A stretch of 34,067 bases of DNA from an uncultured Lachnospiraceae bacterium (GCA_902803305.1 CADCPL010000146.1:1-34067); one strand, 5' to 3'. Shown: positions 1-10,677, counted from the first letter of the stretch. Notes: generated from the sequence alone by a model not told the origin. Translations and numbers: made by a program.

Positions 1-368
1 CCTCTTATGAGATAATACGTTCTTGCGTCGAACTGCCCCTCGCACCTCTTTTCTTCAAACAGCGTAAAAACACCTCTTGCCTCTATCGTCGAGCCAAGTC
101 TGATGCTGCGGATCTGTCCGATATCATTCAGTTTTACGATCATACCCGATGTGTGACTGTCATCAAACGAAGCATTCTTTAAATACACCGTGAGTACTTC
201 GTTTTTTATCTGTCTGTCGACAACTGTCCCCGTGACTGTAACGGTTTTTTTGTCAAATGATCCGTAATAGGGAGACAATCCGAACGAAAAGTGCGAAAAA
301 GCATACACGCACATGAGAAAAACAAGACATATCAGACAGATCGGGCGTCCGATGATCTGTCTTTTCAT
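1..368 (-). CDS. comEC: ComEC/Rec2-like competence channel protein, N-terminal fragment (gene runs off the window edge)
   Basis: Absent from the ORF track because it has no stop in the window. A reverse-strand ATG at 366-368 opens a stop-free frame to position 1 (MKRQIIGRPICLICLVFLMCVYAFSHFSFGLSPYYGSFDKKTVTVTGTVVDRQIKNEVLTVYLKN...GQFDARTYYLIRG). A TM helix, then a beta-rich OB-like segment, then an FD..YY motif matches the usual ComEC N-terminal layout. comEA lies upstream on the same strand. Confidence 0.5.
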   Translation of the reverse strand, partial: MKRQIIGRPICLICLVFLMCVYAFSHFSFGLSPYYGSFDKKTVTVTGTVVDRQIKNEVLTVYLKNASFDDSHTSGMIVKLNDIGQIRSIRLGSTIEARGVFTLFEEKRCEGQFDARTYYLIR

Positions 369-395
369 AGATTTGTTTGCTGCTTTATGGAATAA

Positions 396-1313
396 TCATC
401 TGATCATATCCAGATCACGCTCGAAAGGCGTGGAAAGATCATACTCACCGAGGCGGATGTTCATCTCTCCGTCAATGAGTATCTGGACTTTGTTGATATT
501 ACCGAGTTCGGTCAGGGAATTGACGATCGAATAGATCATGACTTCGTCGGTAACGTTGGTTATTTTGTTAAGAAAATCCTCGCTCAGGTTGACATAACAT
601 ATTCCATCCTGAGTTGTTACGGAGTTCACAACCGTAGAAGGATTGATGGTCGAGAACGCATCGGTCCCTTTCGGTCCGGAAATTATGTTATCCACAACAA
701 GCCTGTCCATGGATATATTTCCGTTGTAAGTGACCGTTTCAACCTTTTCAACAAGTTTCTGCCCGTCCTCACTCGCAAAATATAGCCTCAGTTCGGCTCG
801 TTCGTACATGTTTATCATATTGCCCTCATTCTCCACGAATGAATCGGGTGTCAAAAGCCCTATCGGAACATTTTGTGAATCAAACAGCGGCACCCCGTCC
901 ACCGAAAAGCTCACTGCATACACGTTGTCCAACTGGCAGAGCGTCCTTACTATCGCAGCTTCGCAAAGTATCTTCCTCATCTGCGGAACACTGTCATATG
1001 AGCTGCTGAAATTGACCATTACCGTTTGCGGACCGATGATATAAGTCACGCTCGAGACTTCCTCGGGAACGGCCGAACGTATCCGGTTTCCTTTAGGCCC
1101 GTCGATCACTCTCTGGAGAAGCTCTTTTATCCGGTCAGTATCAGCCTCGGCTGTCAGTTCATACGTATCAGGCTCAATATGAGTCATATCAAGGCTGAGA
1201 TCATAGACCGTTACCGTGCCCTGACCGTCAGACTCCTCCGTATCCTTTTCGCAGGAGCACAGGAGAATCGCAGATATGAGCATTATCAGACCGATCCTTA
1301 TTTTACTCATCAT
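396..1313 (-). CDS. GerM-like (GerMN repeat) lipoprotein
   Basis: Signal peptide with a lipobox-like LLCSC. Two similar halves carry GerMN-type strands (TVYDLSLD..., ELRLYFASEDGQKLVEKVETVTY). The start overlaps the kinase stop by 11 nt. Confidence 0.6.
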   Translation of the reverse strand: MMSKIRIGLIMLISAILLCSCEKDTEESDGQGTVTVYDLSLDMTHIEPDTYELTAEADTDRIKELLQRVIDGPKGNRIRSAVPEEVSSVTYIIGPQTVMVNFSSSYDSVPQMRKILCEAAIVRTLCQLDNVYAVSFSVDGVPLFDSQNVPIGLLTPDSFVENEGNMINMYERAELRLYFASEDGQKLVEKVETVTYNGNISMDRLVVDNIISGPKGTDAFSTINPSTVVNSVTTQDGICYVNLSEDFLNKITNVTDEVMIYSIVNSLTELGNINKVQILIDGEMNIRLGEYDLSTPFERDLDMIR

Positions 1314-2766
1314 GTTCCTCCTGAGGCGTAACGATATAACTTATGGGGATCTTTATATCAAATCTTGTTCCCTCTCCCATCCTGCTGTCGACCTTGATCG
1401 CACCTTTATGCATGATAACGGCGCCTCTGGCTATCGAAAGTCCGAGCCCCGTTCCTCCTATATCACGTGAATGTGATTTATCAACCCTGTAAAACCTTTC
1501 AAATATGTGGGGAAGGTCCTCCTCGGGTATACCCATTCCGGTATCCTCCACGATCACGACAAACATCATGGGCTCGCTGTCAAGGGTTACCTTGACCATA
1601 CCGCCTTCGTGATTGTATTTGATCCCGTTCTCGATTATGTTCGTAAGAGCAAGCGAAAGCTTTGTTATATCCACTTCGGCCACGACAGGACGGATCGTCT
1701 CGAATATGATATCCACCTTTGCCTTCTGTGCGATCGGAGAAAGTCTTTTGATTATGCCTTCTATCATCACTTCCATGTCGCATTTTTCTATGACAAGGTT
1801 GGATCCGGCTCTGTCCATCTTAACAAGCGACAGAAGATCATTTATTATCTTATCCTCCCTGTCGACCTCGGTTATGATATCATCCATGAACTCTCTGTAT
1901 ATCTCATTCGGAACATCGGACTGGGCCGTAAGCGATTCGGCAAGTATCTTTATCGACGTTATCGGAGTCTTCAGTTCATGAGATACGTTCGCAACAAACT
2001 CTCCTCTGGAACTGTCGAGATTTTTCATCCTCTGAAGGAGCTGGTTGAAAGCCTCATTGATCTGGGCCATCTCTTTATACGGATTATCCTCGATCTCTTC
2101 CTCTCCGAATCCTTCATTGATATTGTCTATCGCCGTGGACACCTTTCGAAGCTGACCTACCGTTTTTGTTGCCACAAAAACTGCTATACCGATAACAACC
2201 GCCGATGCTGCCGCAACCGCAACGGTAAACAGCCTCCTGAGCCTGTTTATTATACTGTCCGTCTCGGATGTACTGACACTGGTTAACATAACTCCGACAT
2301 ATTCTCCCGTATCTCTTCCGGAAGATATCGGGGTGATTATCTCGATATAATGATAGTTCCCGTCATACGTGCTCGCGCTCTCTCCAGACAGGCCTTTTAT
2401 GACCTCGGCGCTTATCATGTATTTTCCTTCACTGAGTGAATATGTGTCCTTGATTATCTTAAGATCGGAATTGATTATCATCACTCTTCCGTCATACAGA
2501 TTTGAAAGCTGAGCCAGCTCAGAGTCGATGATCTCATTATCCGCGGCATCAAGATATCCGCTTGTATAGAGGTGATCCGAGATTATGAGACACTGGTTCC
2601 GAACGAGCCTGATCCGGGATTCTACCGACTGACGTTCATAATTACGAAGAAAAACAAGCCCTATGATCAGCTGCGGTACTATCCCGACAAGACAGATGAT
2701 CACAAGCAGCTCGGTACGGATGCTTCTGTTTATCTTAAATCTGAATTTTCCGATGCCGGCCTCCAA
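1303..2766 (-). CDS. Sensor histidine kinase (2 TM, periplasmic-type sensor loop, HAMP, HisKA, HATPase_c)
   Basis: H-box SHELKTPITSI, N-box IENGIKYN, G-boxes DTGMGI and GGTGLGLSI. Two hydrophobic helices flank a loop of about 130 aa. Lies directly downstream of the response regulator. Confidence 0.9.
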   Translation of the reverse strand: MEAGIGKFRFKINRSIRTELLVIICLVGIVPQLIIGLVFLRNYERQSVESRIRLVRNQCLIISDHLYTSGYLDAADNEIIDSELAQLSNLYDGRVMIINSDLKIIKDTYSLSEGKYMISAEVIKGLSGESASTYDGNYHYIEIITPISSGRDTGEYVGVMLTSVSTSETDSIINRLRRLFTVAVAAASAVVIGIAVFVATKTVGQLRKVSTAIDNINEGFGEEEIEDNPYKEMAQINEAFNQLLQRMKNLDSSRGEFVANVSHELKTPITSIKILAESLTAQSDVPNEIYREFMDDIITEVDREDKIINDLLSLVKMDRAGSNLVIEKCDMEVMIEGIIKRLSPIAQKAKVDIIFETIRPVVAEVDITKLSLALTNIIENGIKYNHEGGMVKVTLDSEPMMFVVIVEDTGMGIPEEDLPHIFERFYRVDKSHSRDIGGTGLGLSIARGAVIMHKGAIKVDSRMGEGTRFDIKIPISYIVTPQEEHDE

Positions 2767-2769
2767 CGC

Positions 2770-3459
2770 TCACTCCTTGTAGTAATACCCAACACCCCAT
2801 TTGGTATGGACATATGACGGCTGCCCGGGATTAGGCTCTATCTTCTCGCGAAGTCTTCTTACATGAACATCCACCGTTCTGACATCTCCCGGGTACTCGC
2901 TGCCCCATACTATCCCGAGAAGCTTTTCCCTGGAAAAAATAACACTCGGATTGCTACAGAGAAGAGCCAGTATCTCAAACTCCTTGGACGTAAGATTGTA
3001 CTCTCTGTCTTTGATAACGCAGCGCCTGTTATTTATTTCGAGCCTTATACTTCCTATCTTTATAACATCTTTCTCATCGACGGGTGCATCAGTTGATACA
3101 TGAACAGCACGTCTCATGACGGCTTTGATCCTTGCCTTGAGTTCCAGAACGTTAAACGGCTTGGTGATATAATCATCCGCTCCGTATTCGAGCCCCATGA
3201 TCTTGTCATCGTCTTCACTTTTTGCTGTCAGCATGATTATGGGAACTGAAGAAAACTCCCTGACCGCTTTGCAGACCTCATATCCGTCAAGCTTCGGCAG
3301 CATAAGATCAAGAAGGACTATATCATAGGCATTCTCTCTTATCCTGTCTACGGCCTCCTCGCCGTCAAAAGCCGTGTCCACGGTATTGCCGTCCTGTTCC
3401 AGGGCAAAAGCCAGTCCCTTAACGATCAGTTTTTCATCATCAACAACAAGGATGTTCAT
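2770..3459 (-). CDS. OmpR/PhoB-family response regulator
   Basis: Receiver motifs MNILVVDDE, LLDLMLP and KP, plus a C-terminal winged helix (LTSKEFEILALL...VDVHVRRLREKIE...IHTKWGVGY). Confidence 0.92.
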   Translation of the reverse strand: MNILVVDDEKLIVKGLAFALEQDGNTVDTAFDGEEAVDRIRENAYDIVLLDLMLPKLDGYEVCKAVREFSSVPIIMLTAKSEDDDKIMGLEYGADDYITKPFNVLELKARIKAVMRRAVHVSTDAPVDEKDVIKIGSIRLEINNRRCVIKDREYNLTSKEFEILALLCSNPSVIFSREKLLGIVWGSEYPGDVRTVDVHVRRLREKIEPNPGQPSYVHTKWGVGYYYKE

Positions 3460-3480
3460 CTGTTCTCTCCGCTATATGCA

Positions 3481-4125
3481 TCACCTGACACAAATCTTAT
3501 CTTTTACTTTATTATATAACCCTTCTTTGATCCCGGCGACAAGCATTATATCCTCGATCGTGGAAAAACCGCCGTTTGCTTCCCTGTAAGCGATTATCTT
3601 GTCGGCCTTTGACTGACCTATCCCCGGAAGCGTCATCAGCGTGTCGCGATCTGCTGAATTTATGTCAACCAGTCCATCGTCACCGCCTTGGCTGTCTTGA
3701 TATGCCACGCCCGGTGTATCAGTTATGTTAACCACTGCCGCAGTCACTCCGTCCTCTGTCAGGGCCTCCTCGATCTCAGATACGGTAGGGATATATATCT
3801 TTTGTCCGTCGGATATCTTTGCCGCAAGATTAAGATAACTGCTCCCCGCACTCTCGGTAAAGCCGCCGGCAGCGTCAACCGCATCCGCAACACGCATGTT
3901 CGGATCAAGGCTGTACACATCGGGATTCCTTACCGCGCCGCACACGTACACTTTGACTTCAACGGCCGGTTGTGACTGCTCTTGAATCGGCTCCGGCGTT
4001 TGGGAAACAGAAGCCTCACTTACCTCTTCAAGTCTTACGATCTCGCTTTCCCTGCCACAGCCACAAAAAGCCGCAGCGACCAGAGCGGCCGCCACGGCAA
4101 TGCCATATTTGATTTTTATATTCAT
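3481..4125 (-). CDS. comEA: ComEA-like DNA receptor (SLBB plus tandem helix-hairpin-helix)
   Basis: N-terminal membrane anchor, an SLBB-like VYVCGAVRNPDVYSL segment, and a C-terminal INSADRDTLMTLPGIGQSKADKIIAYREANGGFSTIEDIMLVAGI motif typical of ComEA. Confidence 0.85.
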   Translation of the reverse strand: MNIKIKYGIAVAAALVAAAFCGCGRESEIVRLEEVSEASVSQTPEPIQEQSQPAVEVKVYVCGAVRNPDVYSLDPNMRVADAVDAAGGFTESAGSSYLNLAAKISDGQKIYIPTVSEIEEALTEDGVTAAVVNITDTPGVAYQDSQGGDDGLVDINSADRDTLMTLPGIGQSKADKIIAYREANGGFSTIEDIMLVAGIKEGLYNKVKDKICVR

Positions 4126-4161
4126 AGGATCACTCTTTCCGAGTTTTCCGATACCGCTGTT

Positions 4162-5598
4162 TTATCTTCCGAAACCGTAGAAGAATTCTTTGAGCTCATC
4201 CGGGAGAGAATTGTAGTATTCCATCATCTCATCCTCGTCGTCACCACGCTCACTCTTTTCATTCCCGTTATCATACTTTTTTTCGTCTTTATCATTATCA
4301 TCGATCCCGGCATCTTCTCTCGATTCAAGCTTGACCGTTACCGTCTTTTCAACATACTCTCCGTTCTCCTGACGGCATATGATAAAGTCGACTTTTTCTC
4401 CGGCTTCGTAATAATCAAGTTTGCTGCGAAGATCGGCTATCGTTGTCACTGACACTCCGTCGAATTTCTTGATTATATCTCCTTTGAGCATTCCCGCTTC
4501 ATCGGCAGGGCCTCCCTTGATGACTTCCTGCAGATATATACCTTCGGGGATATCGTACATCTTGGATGTCTGCGAATCCACCGATACTCCGGTGATACCG
4601 ATATATCCGGCCTTTTCATCATCAACCTTTTCTCTCGTCTTTCTGTTCATAAGAGCTTCTATCGTAGGGTTGGCCGTATCCATCGGGATCGCATAGCCCA
4701 TTCCCTCGACGTAAGTCGACATTATCTTGGCAGTATTGATGCCTATGACCTCACCCTTCATGTTAAGAAGCGCACCGCCCGAATTTCCGGGATTGATCGC
4801 TGCATCTGTCTGAATATAGCACATTTCTGCGTCGTCATCCGGAATATCGCGATCGAGGGCGGATACAATACCGGTCGTGACTGACTGCCCGTAACCTACT
4901 GCATTACCTATAGCCACTACCTGCTCTCCTACCGAGAGTGCACTCGAATCACCGATAACGGCGATCTTGATCTCATCAAGCGTGGATTTCTTGATATCCG
5001 ACATCTTGATCCCTATGACTGCGAGATCGATCTCACTGTCCTCGCCTTTTACGGTCGCATCATATATTTCCGAATCAACAAAACCTACAGTGATCGAATC
5101 CGCACCGTTTACCACGTGGCTGTTCGTTGCGATAAGAAGCTCATCATCGGTCTCTCCGATTATTATCCCGCTTCCTCTTGATACATTCTCATATTCACGT
5201 ATGCCGTTTCCCCACATATCCCTGAGCTGTTTGACCGATGTGTTTGTGATCGATACGACACAGGGGAGATTGTTCTTTGCCAGCTCCGTGACGCTCATTC
5301 CCACTTCTCCGCCTCCTCTTGAGATCGAATGATCATCAACGGCTTTTGTGAGCTTTGCGTTTTCAACTTTCTCTTTGTCTTCGTCCTTATCGGCATCCTT
5401 ATCGGCTTCTTTCTCCGCTTTCTTGTCAGACTCTTTTGTCCCGTCCGTCTCCGCTTCGAATTTTGCGGATACCTGTGCCTTTCCCGGGAAGAAAGTATTA
5501 ACGACCTTTGTTATACCGATAAAACTGAGCGCTGCCATCAGCCCGAAAGCCAGTCCTATGGCTGCTCCTATTCCTACTTTTTTAAAAAAACTGCCCAT
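4162..5598 (-). CDS. htrA: HtrA/DegP-family serine protease with a PDZ domain
   Basis: Catalytic motifs TNSHVV, DLAVI and GNSGGALL. N-terminal TM anchor and a C-terminal PDZ (GIYLQEVIKGGPADEAGMLKGDIIKKFDG). Lys/Asp/Glu low-complexity tails at both ends. Confidence 0.9.
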   Translation of the reverse strand: MGSFFKKVGIGAAIGLAFGLMAALSFIGITKVVNTFFPGKAQVSAKFEAETDGTKESDKKAEKEADKDADKDEDKEKVENAKLTKAVDDHSISRGGGEVGMSVTELAKNNLPCVVSITNTSVKQLRDMWGNGIREYENVSRGSGIIIGETDDELLIATNSHVVNGADSITVGFVDSEIYDATVKGEDSEIDLAVIGIKMSDIKKSTLDEIKIAVIGDSSALSVGEQVVAIGNAVGYGQSVTTGIVSALDRDIPDDDAEMCYIQTDAAINPGNSGGALLNMKGEVIGINTAKIMSTYVEGMGYAIPMDTANPTIEALMNRKTREKVDDEKAGYIGITGVSVDSQTSKMYDIPEGIYLQEVIKGGPADEAGMLKGDIIKKFDGVSVTTIADLRSKLDYYEAGEKVDFIICRQENGEYVEKTVTVKLESREDAGIDDNDKDEKKYDNGNEKSERGDDEDEMMEYYNSLPDELKEFFYGFGR

Positions 5599-5662
5599 AT
5601 TGTTACCTTCCTTTCATAATAATTTCTTGATCAGACTTTTTCGCATTTCATTTTCGAAACTG

Positions 5663-5700
5663 ATCATATTCTCTGACAGAAAAATTATGAAACTGTGACA
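5663..5700 (-). promoter_or_regulatory. Putative htrA promoter (-35 TTCATA, 17 nt spacer, -10 TATGAT) with a TGTCAC/TGTCAG direct repeat
   Basis: On the reverse strand, TATGAT lies at 5663-5668 and TTCATA at 5686-5691. Direct-repeat half-sites lie at 5673-5678 and 5695-5700, 22 nt apart, overlapping the promoter. This pattern fits OmpR-family binding. Confidence 0.35.
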
Positions 5701-5722
5701 AAAATGTGATAAAAGTATGTCC

Positions 5723-7306
5723 TTACTTTATATACGCCCCGGCTCCGGCTCCGAACGACTCCTGCGTGGGAAGATTTGCCTTTATCTCTTCTATCTGGGC
5801 TCCTATCGTATCGGAAAGCTCCCTGAGCGTCTCATCCGGATCGGCTCCCTTCCAGACCTTTGTAAATGCGATCTCAAGCTGGACCCAGTAATTGCTGGCC
5901 TCTACCATTTTGGGCAGCGGCATGGACTTTTCATATTCGGCCATTATGTTCGCTATCTCGGAATCTTCGTATTCGACAGACTTACAGCAGCTGACCTTAC
6001 CGGATCTCATGTACAGGTCCGAGGCCTTATAATTGGCGATATATGTTGCCATCCTGTTGGCTGCATCCTTCTTTTCCGAATATCCGTTTATAACAACGGC
6101 ATCTGTAACGGACAGACCGCGCGCCTTCAGCAGGCTCGAAATATCCGGAAGAGTGCTGACGCCGTATTCAAAATCAAATTCTCCTCTGTTCTTTGCCTCA
6201 TGGATCCTGGCAATGGCGTCGGTTGTCGCCACGGTAAATACCATCTTGCCGTCGATAAAATCCTGAAGGATATTACTGTAGTTATCAACCTTGGGATCTA
6301 TCGAGAAGAACTGGTTCATCGCCTGATATGCGCGCAGGCATTCGACAGCCTGGCTGTTATATATATTGAATATTGATGCGTTGTCACCGTGAGCCCCGCC
6401 GACATCCATATAATTTCCTACAAAGAAATAATTGTAAAAGATATCGGTAACATCCCACTTGAAAACGGATTCCACCGCTTCGGGCGCATCATAGTTGTTT
6501 GCAAATGTCTTGATATCCTCGATCGTCTGCGGGATCATGGTAGCCAGCCGCTCCAATACTTCCTGATCAGCTGTGGAATCCTCTTCGCCCATCGGGTTTG
6601 AAGAATCATAATCCTCCGCAGCCTCATCGACTGCATCCGCTTCGATCTCTTCGGGAGCCTCGTCGGGACTTCCGTTCTCTTCAAGTTCCCTTGTAGCTTC
6701 CTCTCCTTCGGCAAGGTCCGCTTCGGCTTCGATCCTGTTCTGGGCTATCGATGCCATATATGTTTTGTTGTAAAGGAAAAAGTTGGTCTCGTAGTACAGC
6801 GGGTATGCCACGAGATGATCGTAGCATGTTACCGCATTTATGGATGTGAGCGGATACATCTCTTCGGTAACGACCTGTGCCGGATCGCTGATCTGGCTGG
6901 CAAGTCCCGCAAGATATGCCTTCAGAAGGTTATCATGGCTCGTTATGTACATATCCGGCATGGGCTCCGTACGATCGGAAGGATCCTGAAGCGAGCTGTC
7001 GTTTATCGATTCGAGGAACATGACACCGTCTTTTAATACTATGTTGACTTTTATACCCTGATCCTGCTGAAATGACAATGCCACCGACGTCAGATAGTCA
7101 GTAAGCGACTCGTCGGTGTACCACAATGTAAGACTCCCGTCATCGACGAATGCCGCTTCATCCTCGGCTTCACCTTCTGCGGAAACTGTCTTGTCATCAA
7201 CATTATTCGAATACATCGGATCATCTGATGAATATGCAACAAGCCACAATGATCCGGCAAGCGCCAGTACCAAAACTGCGCAGATAAATCTCTTGATCAT
7301 TATCAC
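5723..7306 (-). CDS. MalE-like extracellular solute-binding protein (family 1) with an internal acidic low-complexity segment
   Basis: Signal anchor, LTLWYTDE start of the fold and a C-terminal pattern like that of sugar-binding SBPs (YGVSTLPD...VINGYSEKKDAANRMATYI). The start overlaps the argD stop by 4 nt. No permease or ATPase genes are adjacent. Confidence 0.65.
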   Translation of the reverse strand: MIMIKRFICAVLVLALAGSLWLVAYSSDDPMYSNNVDDKTVSAEGEAEDEAAFVDDGSLTLWYTDESLTDYLTSVALSFQQDQGIKVNIVLKDGVMFLESINDSSLQDPSDRTEPMPDMYITSHDNLLKAYLAGLASQISDPAQVVTEEMYPLTSINAVTCYDHLVAYPLYYETNFFLYNKTYMASIAQNRIEAEADLAEGEEATRELEENGSPDEAPEEIEADAVDEAAEDYDSSNPMGEEDSTADQEVLERLATMIPQTIEDIKTFANNYDAPEAVESVFKWDVTDIFYNYFFVGNYMDVGGAHGDNASIFNIYNSQAVECLRAYQAMNQFFSIDPKVDNYSNILQDFIDGKMVFTVATTDAIARIHEAKNRGEFDFEYGVSTLPDISSLLKARGLSVTDAVVINGYSEKKDAANRMATYIANYKASDLYMRSGKVSCCKSVEYEDSEIANIMAEYEKSMPLPKMVEASNYWVQLEIAFTKVWKGADPDETLRELSDTIGAQIEEIKANLPTQESFGAGAGAYIK

Positions 7307-8502
7307 TCCGAAAGTGCCCGTCGCAGCTTGTCTGCCATCTCATCCACATCCGCTTTTGTGATCACAAGCGGAGGCAGGAAACGTATCACATCCGTTCCGG
7401 CCGTGATCAGAACAAGCCCGTTTGCAAGTGCGGCCGCGGCCACATCCCCCGGCTTCTTTTTGCTTATGTCAAACACGATGCCGCGCATCAGTCCCAATCC
7501 TCTTTCGGAAACGAGAAAATCATACTCACCTACGATCTCCTGAAGCTTCTTCTGAAGATAAGGGGCGACGGTATTTACATTATCCAATATCTTATCATCT
7601 TCAAATATCTTAAGTACCTCGGCAACAGCCGCACACGCAAGCGGATTGCCTCCGTATGTTGTTCCGTGGTCTCCGGCCACAAGGGAACTGTCTGCAACTT
7701 TTTTGTTCATCAGAAATGCTCCGACCGGAACACCGCATCCCACAGCCTTTGCCGTTGTGAGAATGTCGGGCCGTGTGCCGTACTGCATATAAGCATACAT
7801 GCTTCCGCATCTGCCCATTCCGCACTGTATCTCGTCAAGTATGAGCAGTATATCCTTCTCATCGCACAGCTTCCTGATCTTCTGCAGGAACTCTTTATCA
7901 GCGGGATATATACCGCCCTCGCCCTGGACCGTTTCCATTATGATGGCGCACGTCTTATCATTTACAAGCGACTTGACGCTTTCATAATCATTGAACCGTG
8001 CAAATGATACATTGCCTATCATCGGCCGGAAAGCTTCGCGGTAATGCTCATTTCCCGTAACGGACAATGCACCGAACGTCCTTCCGTGAAAAGAATGCTC
8101 CATTGCTATTATCTCATGATCACAGTTTCCGTCCTTGTTATATGCATATTTTCTTGCTGCCTTTATGGCACCTTCGACCGCCTCGGCTCCGCTGTTGGTA
8201 AAAAACACCTTATCCATCCCGGATGCCTCTACAAGAAGCTGCGCCGCTTCGGCAAGAGGCTCGGAATAATAATAGTTGGATATATGCGTTATCTTGCCGA
8301 TCTGATCGGTAAGTGCTTTCTCGTAGCGCTTGTTCCCGTATCCGAGAGCATACACTGCTATCCCCGCGCAAAAATCCAGATATTCTTTTCCATCCGCATC
8401 ATAGAGCCTGACTCCGTCACCGTGGTCAAATACTATTCCGTAACGATTATATGTATGCAGAAGAAATTCTTCGGCTTTCTCAATAGTAGCTTTCATACTC
8501 AT
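7303..8502 (-). CDS. argD: Acetylornithine aminotransferase
   Basis: Class III PLP aminotransferase motifs ([35 protein letters not shown]). Lies within argJ-argB-argD and overlaps argB by 4 nt. Confidence 0.9.
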   Translation of the reverse strand: MSMKATIEKAEEFLLHTYNRYGIVFDHGDGVRLYDADGKEYLDFCAGIAVYALGYGNKRYEKALTDQIGKITHISNYYYSEPLAEAAQLLVEASGMDKVFFTNSGAEAVEGAIKAARKYAYNKDGNCDHEIIAMEHSFHGRTFGALSVTGNEHYREAFRPMIGNVSFARFNDYESVKSLVNDKTCAIIMETVQGEGGIYPADKEFLQKIRKLCDEKDILLILDEIQCGMGRCGSMYAYMQYGTRPDILTTAKAVGCGVPVGAFLMNKKVADSSLVAGDHGTTYGGNPLACAAVAEVLKIFEDDKILDNVNTVAPYLQKKLQEIVGEYDFLVSERGLGLMRGIVFDISKKKPGDVAAAALANGLVLITAGTDVIRFLPPLVITKADVDEMADKLRRALSE

Positions 8503-9383
8503 TTTTCTTCATCCTTAAAAAACATAGTCCCGATACCGGTATCGGTGAACACCTCAAGCAACAGACTGTGAGGCTTTCTGCCGTCAAGTATGTGGACACG
8601 GCTGACGCCGTTCTTGATAGCCTCGGTACAGTTCTTCAGTTTGGGGAGCATACCTCCGCCGATAAAACCGTCATCGATAAGCGCATCGGCTTCCGATACG
8701 GTAAGCCTTGAGATAAATGTCGACGGATCGGCAGGATCCTTATATACACCTTCTATATCAGTCAGGAAAGCGAGCTTGTTCGCACCCATGGCTTTTGCTA
8801 TGGCACATGCGGCATCATCGGCATTGATATTGTATGTATCATAGTTCGCATCCAGACCGATGGGAGCTACTATCGGGAGAAAATCCTTCTCCAGAAGGTC
8901 CTCAAGTATCTTGGTATCAACCTTTGTCACCTCTCCGACGAACCCTATGTCTCTGCCGTCGGAAAGCTTCTTTTCAACAGTCAGGAGGCCTCCGTCCTTG
9001 CCGGATATACCGATCGCCTTTACTCCGAGTTCCTCCACCATTGTGACAAGTGACTTGTTGACCTTGCCCAGTACCATCTCGGCTATTTCCATAGTCTCTG
9101 CATCGGTTACCCGAAGTCCGTTCACGAACTCGCTCTTTTTCCCGGTCTTGTTAATCCATGCCGAGATATCCTTGCCTCCGCCGTGAACGACTATAGGCTT
9201 GAAACCGACGAGTTTGAGCAGTGTGACATCCTTTATAACGTTCTTCTTCAGTTCATCATCGGCCATCGCACTTCCGCCGTACTTTACGACTATCACCTTC
9301 CTGTTGAACTGCTGTATGTAAGGAAGGGCTTCTATGAGCACCTCAGCCTTATGAAGATATTTCTCTTTGTATATCTCTTCCAT
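8499..9383 (-). CDS. argB: Acetylglutamate kinase
   Basis: AAK-family motifs ([24 protein letters not shown]) and arg operon context. Confidence 0.93.
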   Translation of the reverse strand: MEEIYKEKYLHKAEVLIEALPYIQQFNRKVIVVKYGGSAMADDELKKNVIKDVTLLKLVGFKPIVVHGGGKDISAWINKTGKKSEFVNGLRVTDAETMEIAEMVLGKVNKSLVTMVEELGVKAIGISGKDGGLLTVEKKLSDGRDIGFVGEVTKVDTKILEDLLEKDFLPIVAPIGLDANYDTYNINADDAACAIAKAMGANKLAFLTDIEGVYKDPADPSTFISRLTVSEADALIDDGFIGGGMLPKLKNCTEAIKNGVSRVHILDGRKPHSLLLEVFTDTGIGTMFFKDEEK

Positions 9384-9406
9384 CTTTCCCCCTGTCCTCT
9401 TGAACC

Positions 9407-10666
9407 TCAGCTTCTGTAATCAGCATTTATCTTAACATAATCATATGACAGATCGCATCCCCATGCTGTTGCGGATGCGCTTCCGCTGTTCATATCGATC
9501 ACTACCGTGACCTCATCTTCAGACAGGATAGCACCCGCCTGTTCTTCAGAATACGCCAGCTTGCAGCCGTTTTCGAATACACGGAGGCTGCCTGCTCTGC
9601 TCTCATACTCAAGACTGACCTTTTCGGGATCAAAATCTGCCCCCGAATATCCGAGCGCACATAGGAACCTTCCGAAATTGGAGTCATGTCCGTAGATCGC
9701 CGCCTTGCAAAGCGAGGATGATACGACAGTTCTTGCAAGCTTCTTCGCATTTTCTTTCGTATCGGCGCCTTTTACCTTTACCTCGAAAAGAGCCGTCGCG
9801 CCTTCACCGTCTTTTGCCATGTTCCTTGCGAGATATTCATCAACAAAGTGAAGCGCCTTCATAAATGTATCAAAATCTTCTCCCCGGCTTTCGATCCGCG
9901 GATTGCCCGCAAGACCGTTGGCAAGGATCAGATATGTATCATTCGTTGACGTGTCCCCGTCAACCGAGATCATGTTGAACGTATCGGGAATGTCGGTCTT
10001 TGCTGCAAGATCGAGCATTTCCTTGGAGATATCACAGTCTGTGCATATATAAGCGAGCATCGTGCACATATTCGGATGGATCATACCGCTTCCCTTGCTC
10101 ATCCCGCCTATCGTGACCGTTTTTCCTCCTATGGAAAAGGTGACCGAGACCTCCTTCGGGACCGTATCGGTAGTCATGATGGCTGCTTCGGCATCCGCAG
10201 CAGCCTGTCTTGTATCTGACAGCTGTTTTGCAAGGATATCGATACCCGCCGTAACCTTATCCATGGGTATCTGCTCCCCAATAACGCCCGTAGATCCGAT
10301 AAGGACAGCCGTTTCCGGTATGCCCAGTACCTTTGATGCGTGCTCCGCGGTCTTGCGGCACACCTCCATACCCTGTGTGCTTGTTGCGGCATTAGCGATG
10401 CCGGAGTTTACTATGACCGCCTGCACATACGGAGAGTTTTGGACTACTTCCATATCGTATTTTACCGGAGCCGCCTTTACAACGTTCGAAGTGAACATCC
10501 CCGCGACCGTCGCGGGAGCCTCGGAAAATATCATCGCAAGATCCTTGCGATCCGTATATTTTATTCCTGCCGCAACACCTGCTGCCTTAAATCCTTTTGC
10601 GGCCGTTACCGAGCCGTCTGTCTTTGTTATATTATCCATTTTCCATACCGTTTCCCTGTCGATCAC
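9407..10666 (-). CDS. argJ: Bifunctional ornithine acetyltransferase / N-acetylglutamate synthase
   Basis: ArgJ autoprocessing site ([14 protein letters not shown]), GMIHP, and a C-terminal [13 protein letters not shown]. Confidence 0.93.
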   Translation of the reverse strand: MIDRETVWKMDNITKTDGSVTAAKGFKAAGVAAGIKYTDRKDLAMIFSEAPATVAGMFTSNVVKAAPVKYDMEVVQNSPYVQAVIVNSGIANAATSTQGMEVCRKTAEHASKVLGIPETAVLIGSTGVIGEQIPMDKVTAGIDILAKQLSDTRQAAADAEAAIMTTDTVPKEVSVTFSIGGKTVTIGGMSKGSGMIHPNMCTMLAYICTDCDISKEMLDLAAKTDIPDTFNMISVDGDTSTNDTYLILANGLAGNPRIESRGEDFDTFMKALHFVDEYLARNMAKDGEGATALFEVKVKGADTKENAKKLARTVVSSSLCKAAIYGHDSNFGRFLCALGYSGADFDPEKVSLEYESRAGSLRVFENGCKLAYSEEQAGAILSEDEVTVVIDMNSGSASATAWGCDLSYDYVKINADYRS

Positions 10667-10677
10667 TCTACAGTCCT

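Noticed and set aside
313-534. A 73-aa plus-strand ORF bridging the comEC start and the GerM-like gene end. The same applies to the other 60-130-aa ORFs antisense to argG, essC, lon, clpX and tig.
   Set aside because: All lie opposite strongly supported coding regions, lack RBSs, and have Ser/Arg/Cys-rich translations typical of non-coding frames.
5384-5407. A tandem 12-nt repeat (tccttatcggca/t, two copies) inside htrA
   Set aside because: It simply encodes the KDADKDAD low-complexity tail. Two copies do not make a repeat array or a regulatory element.
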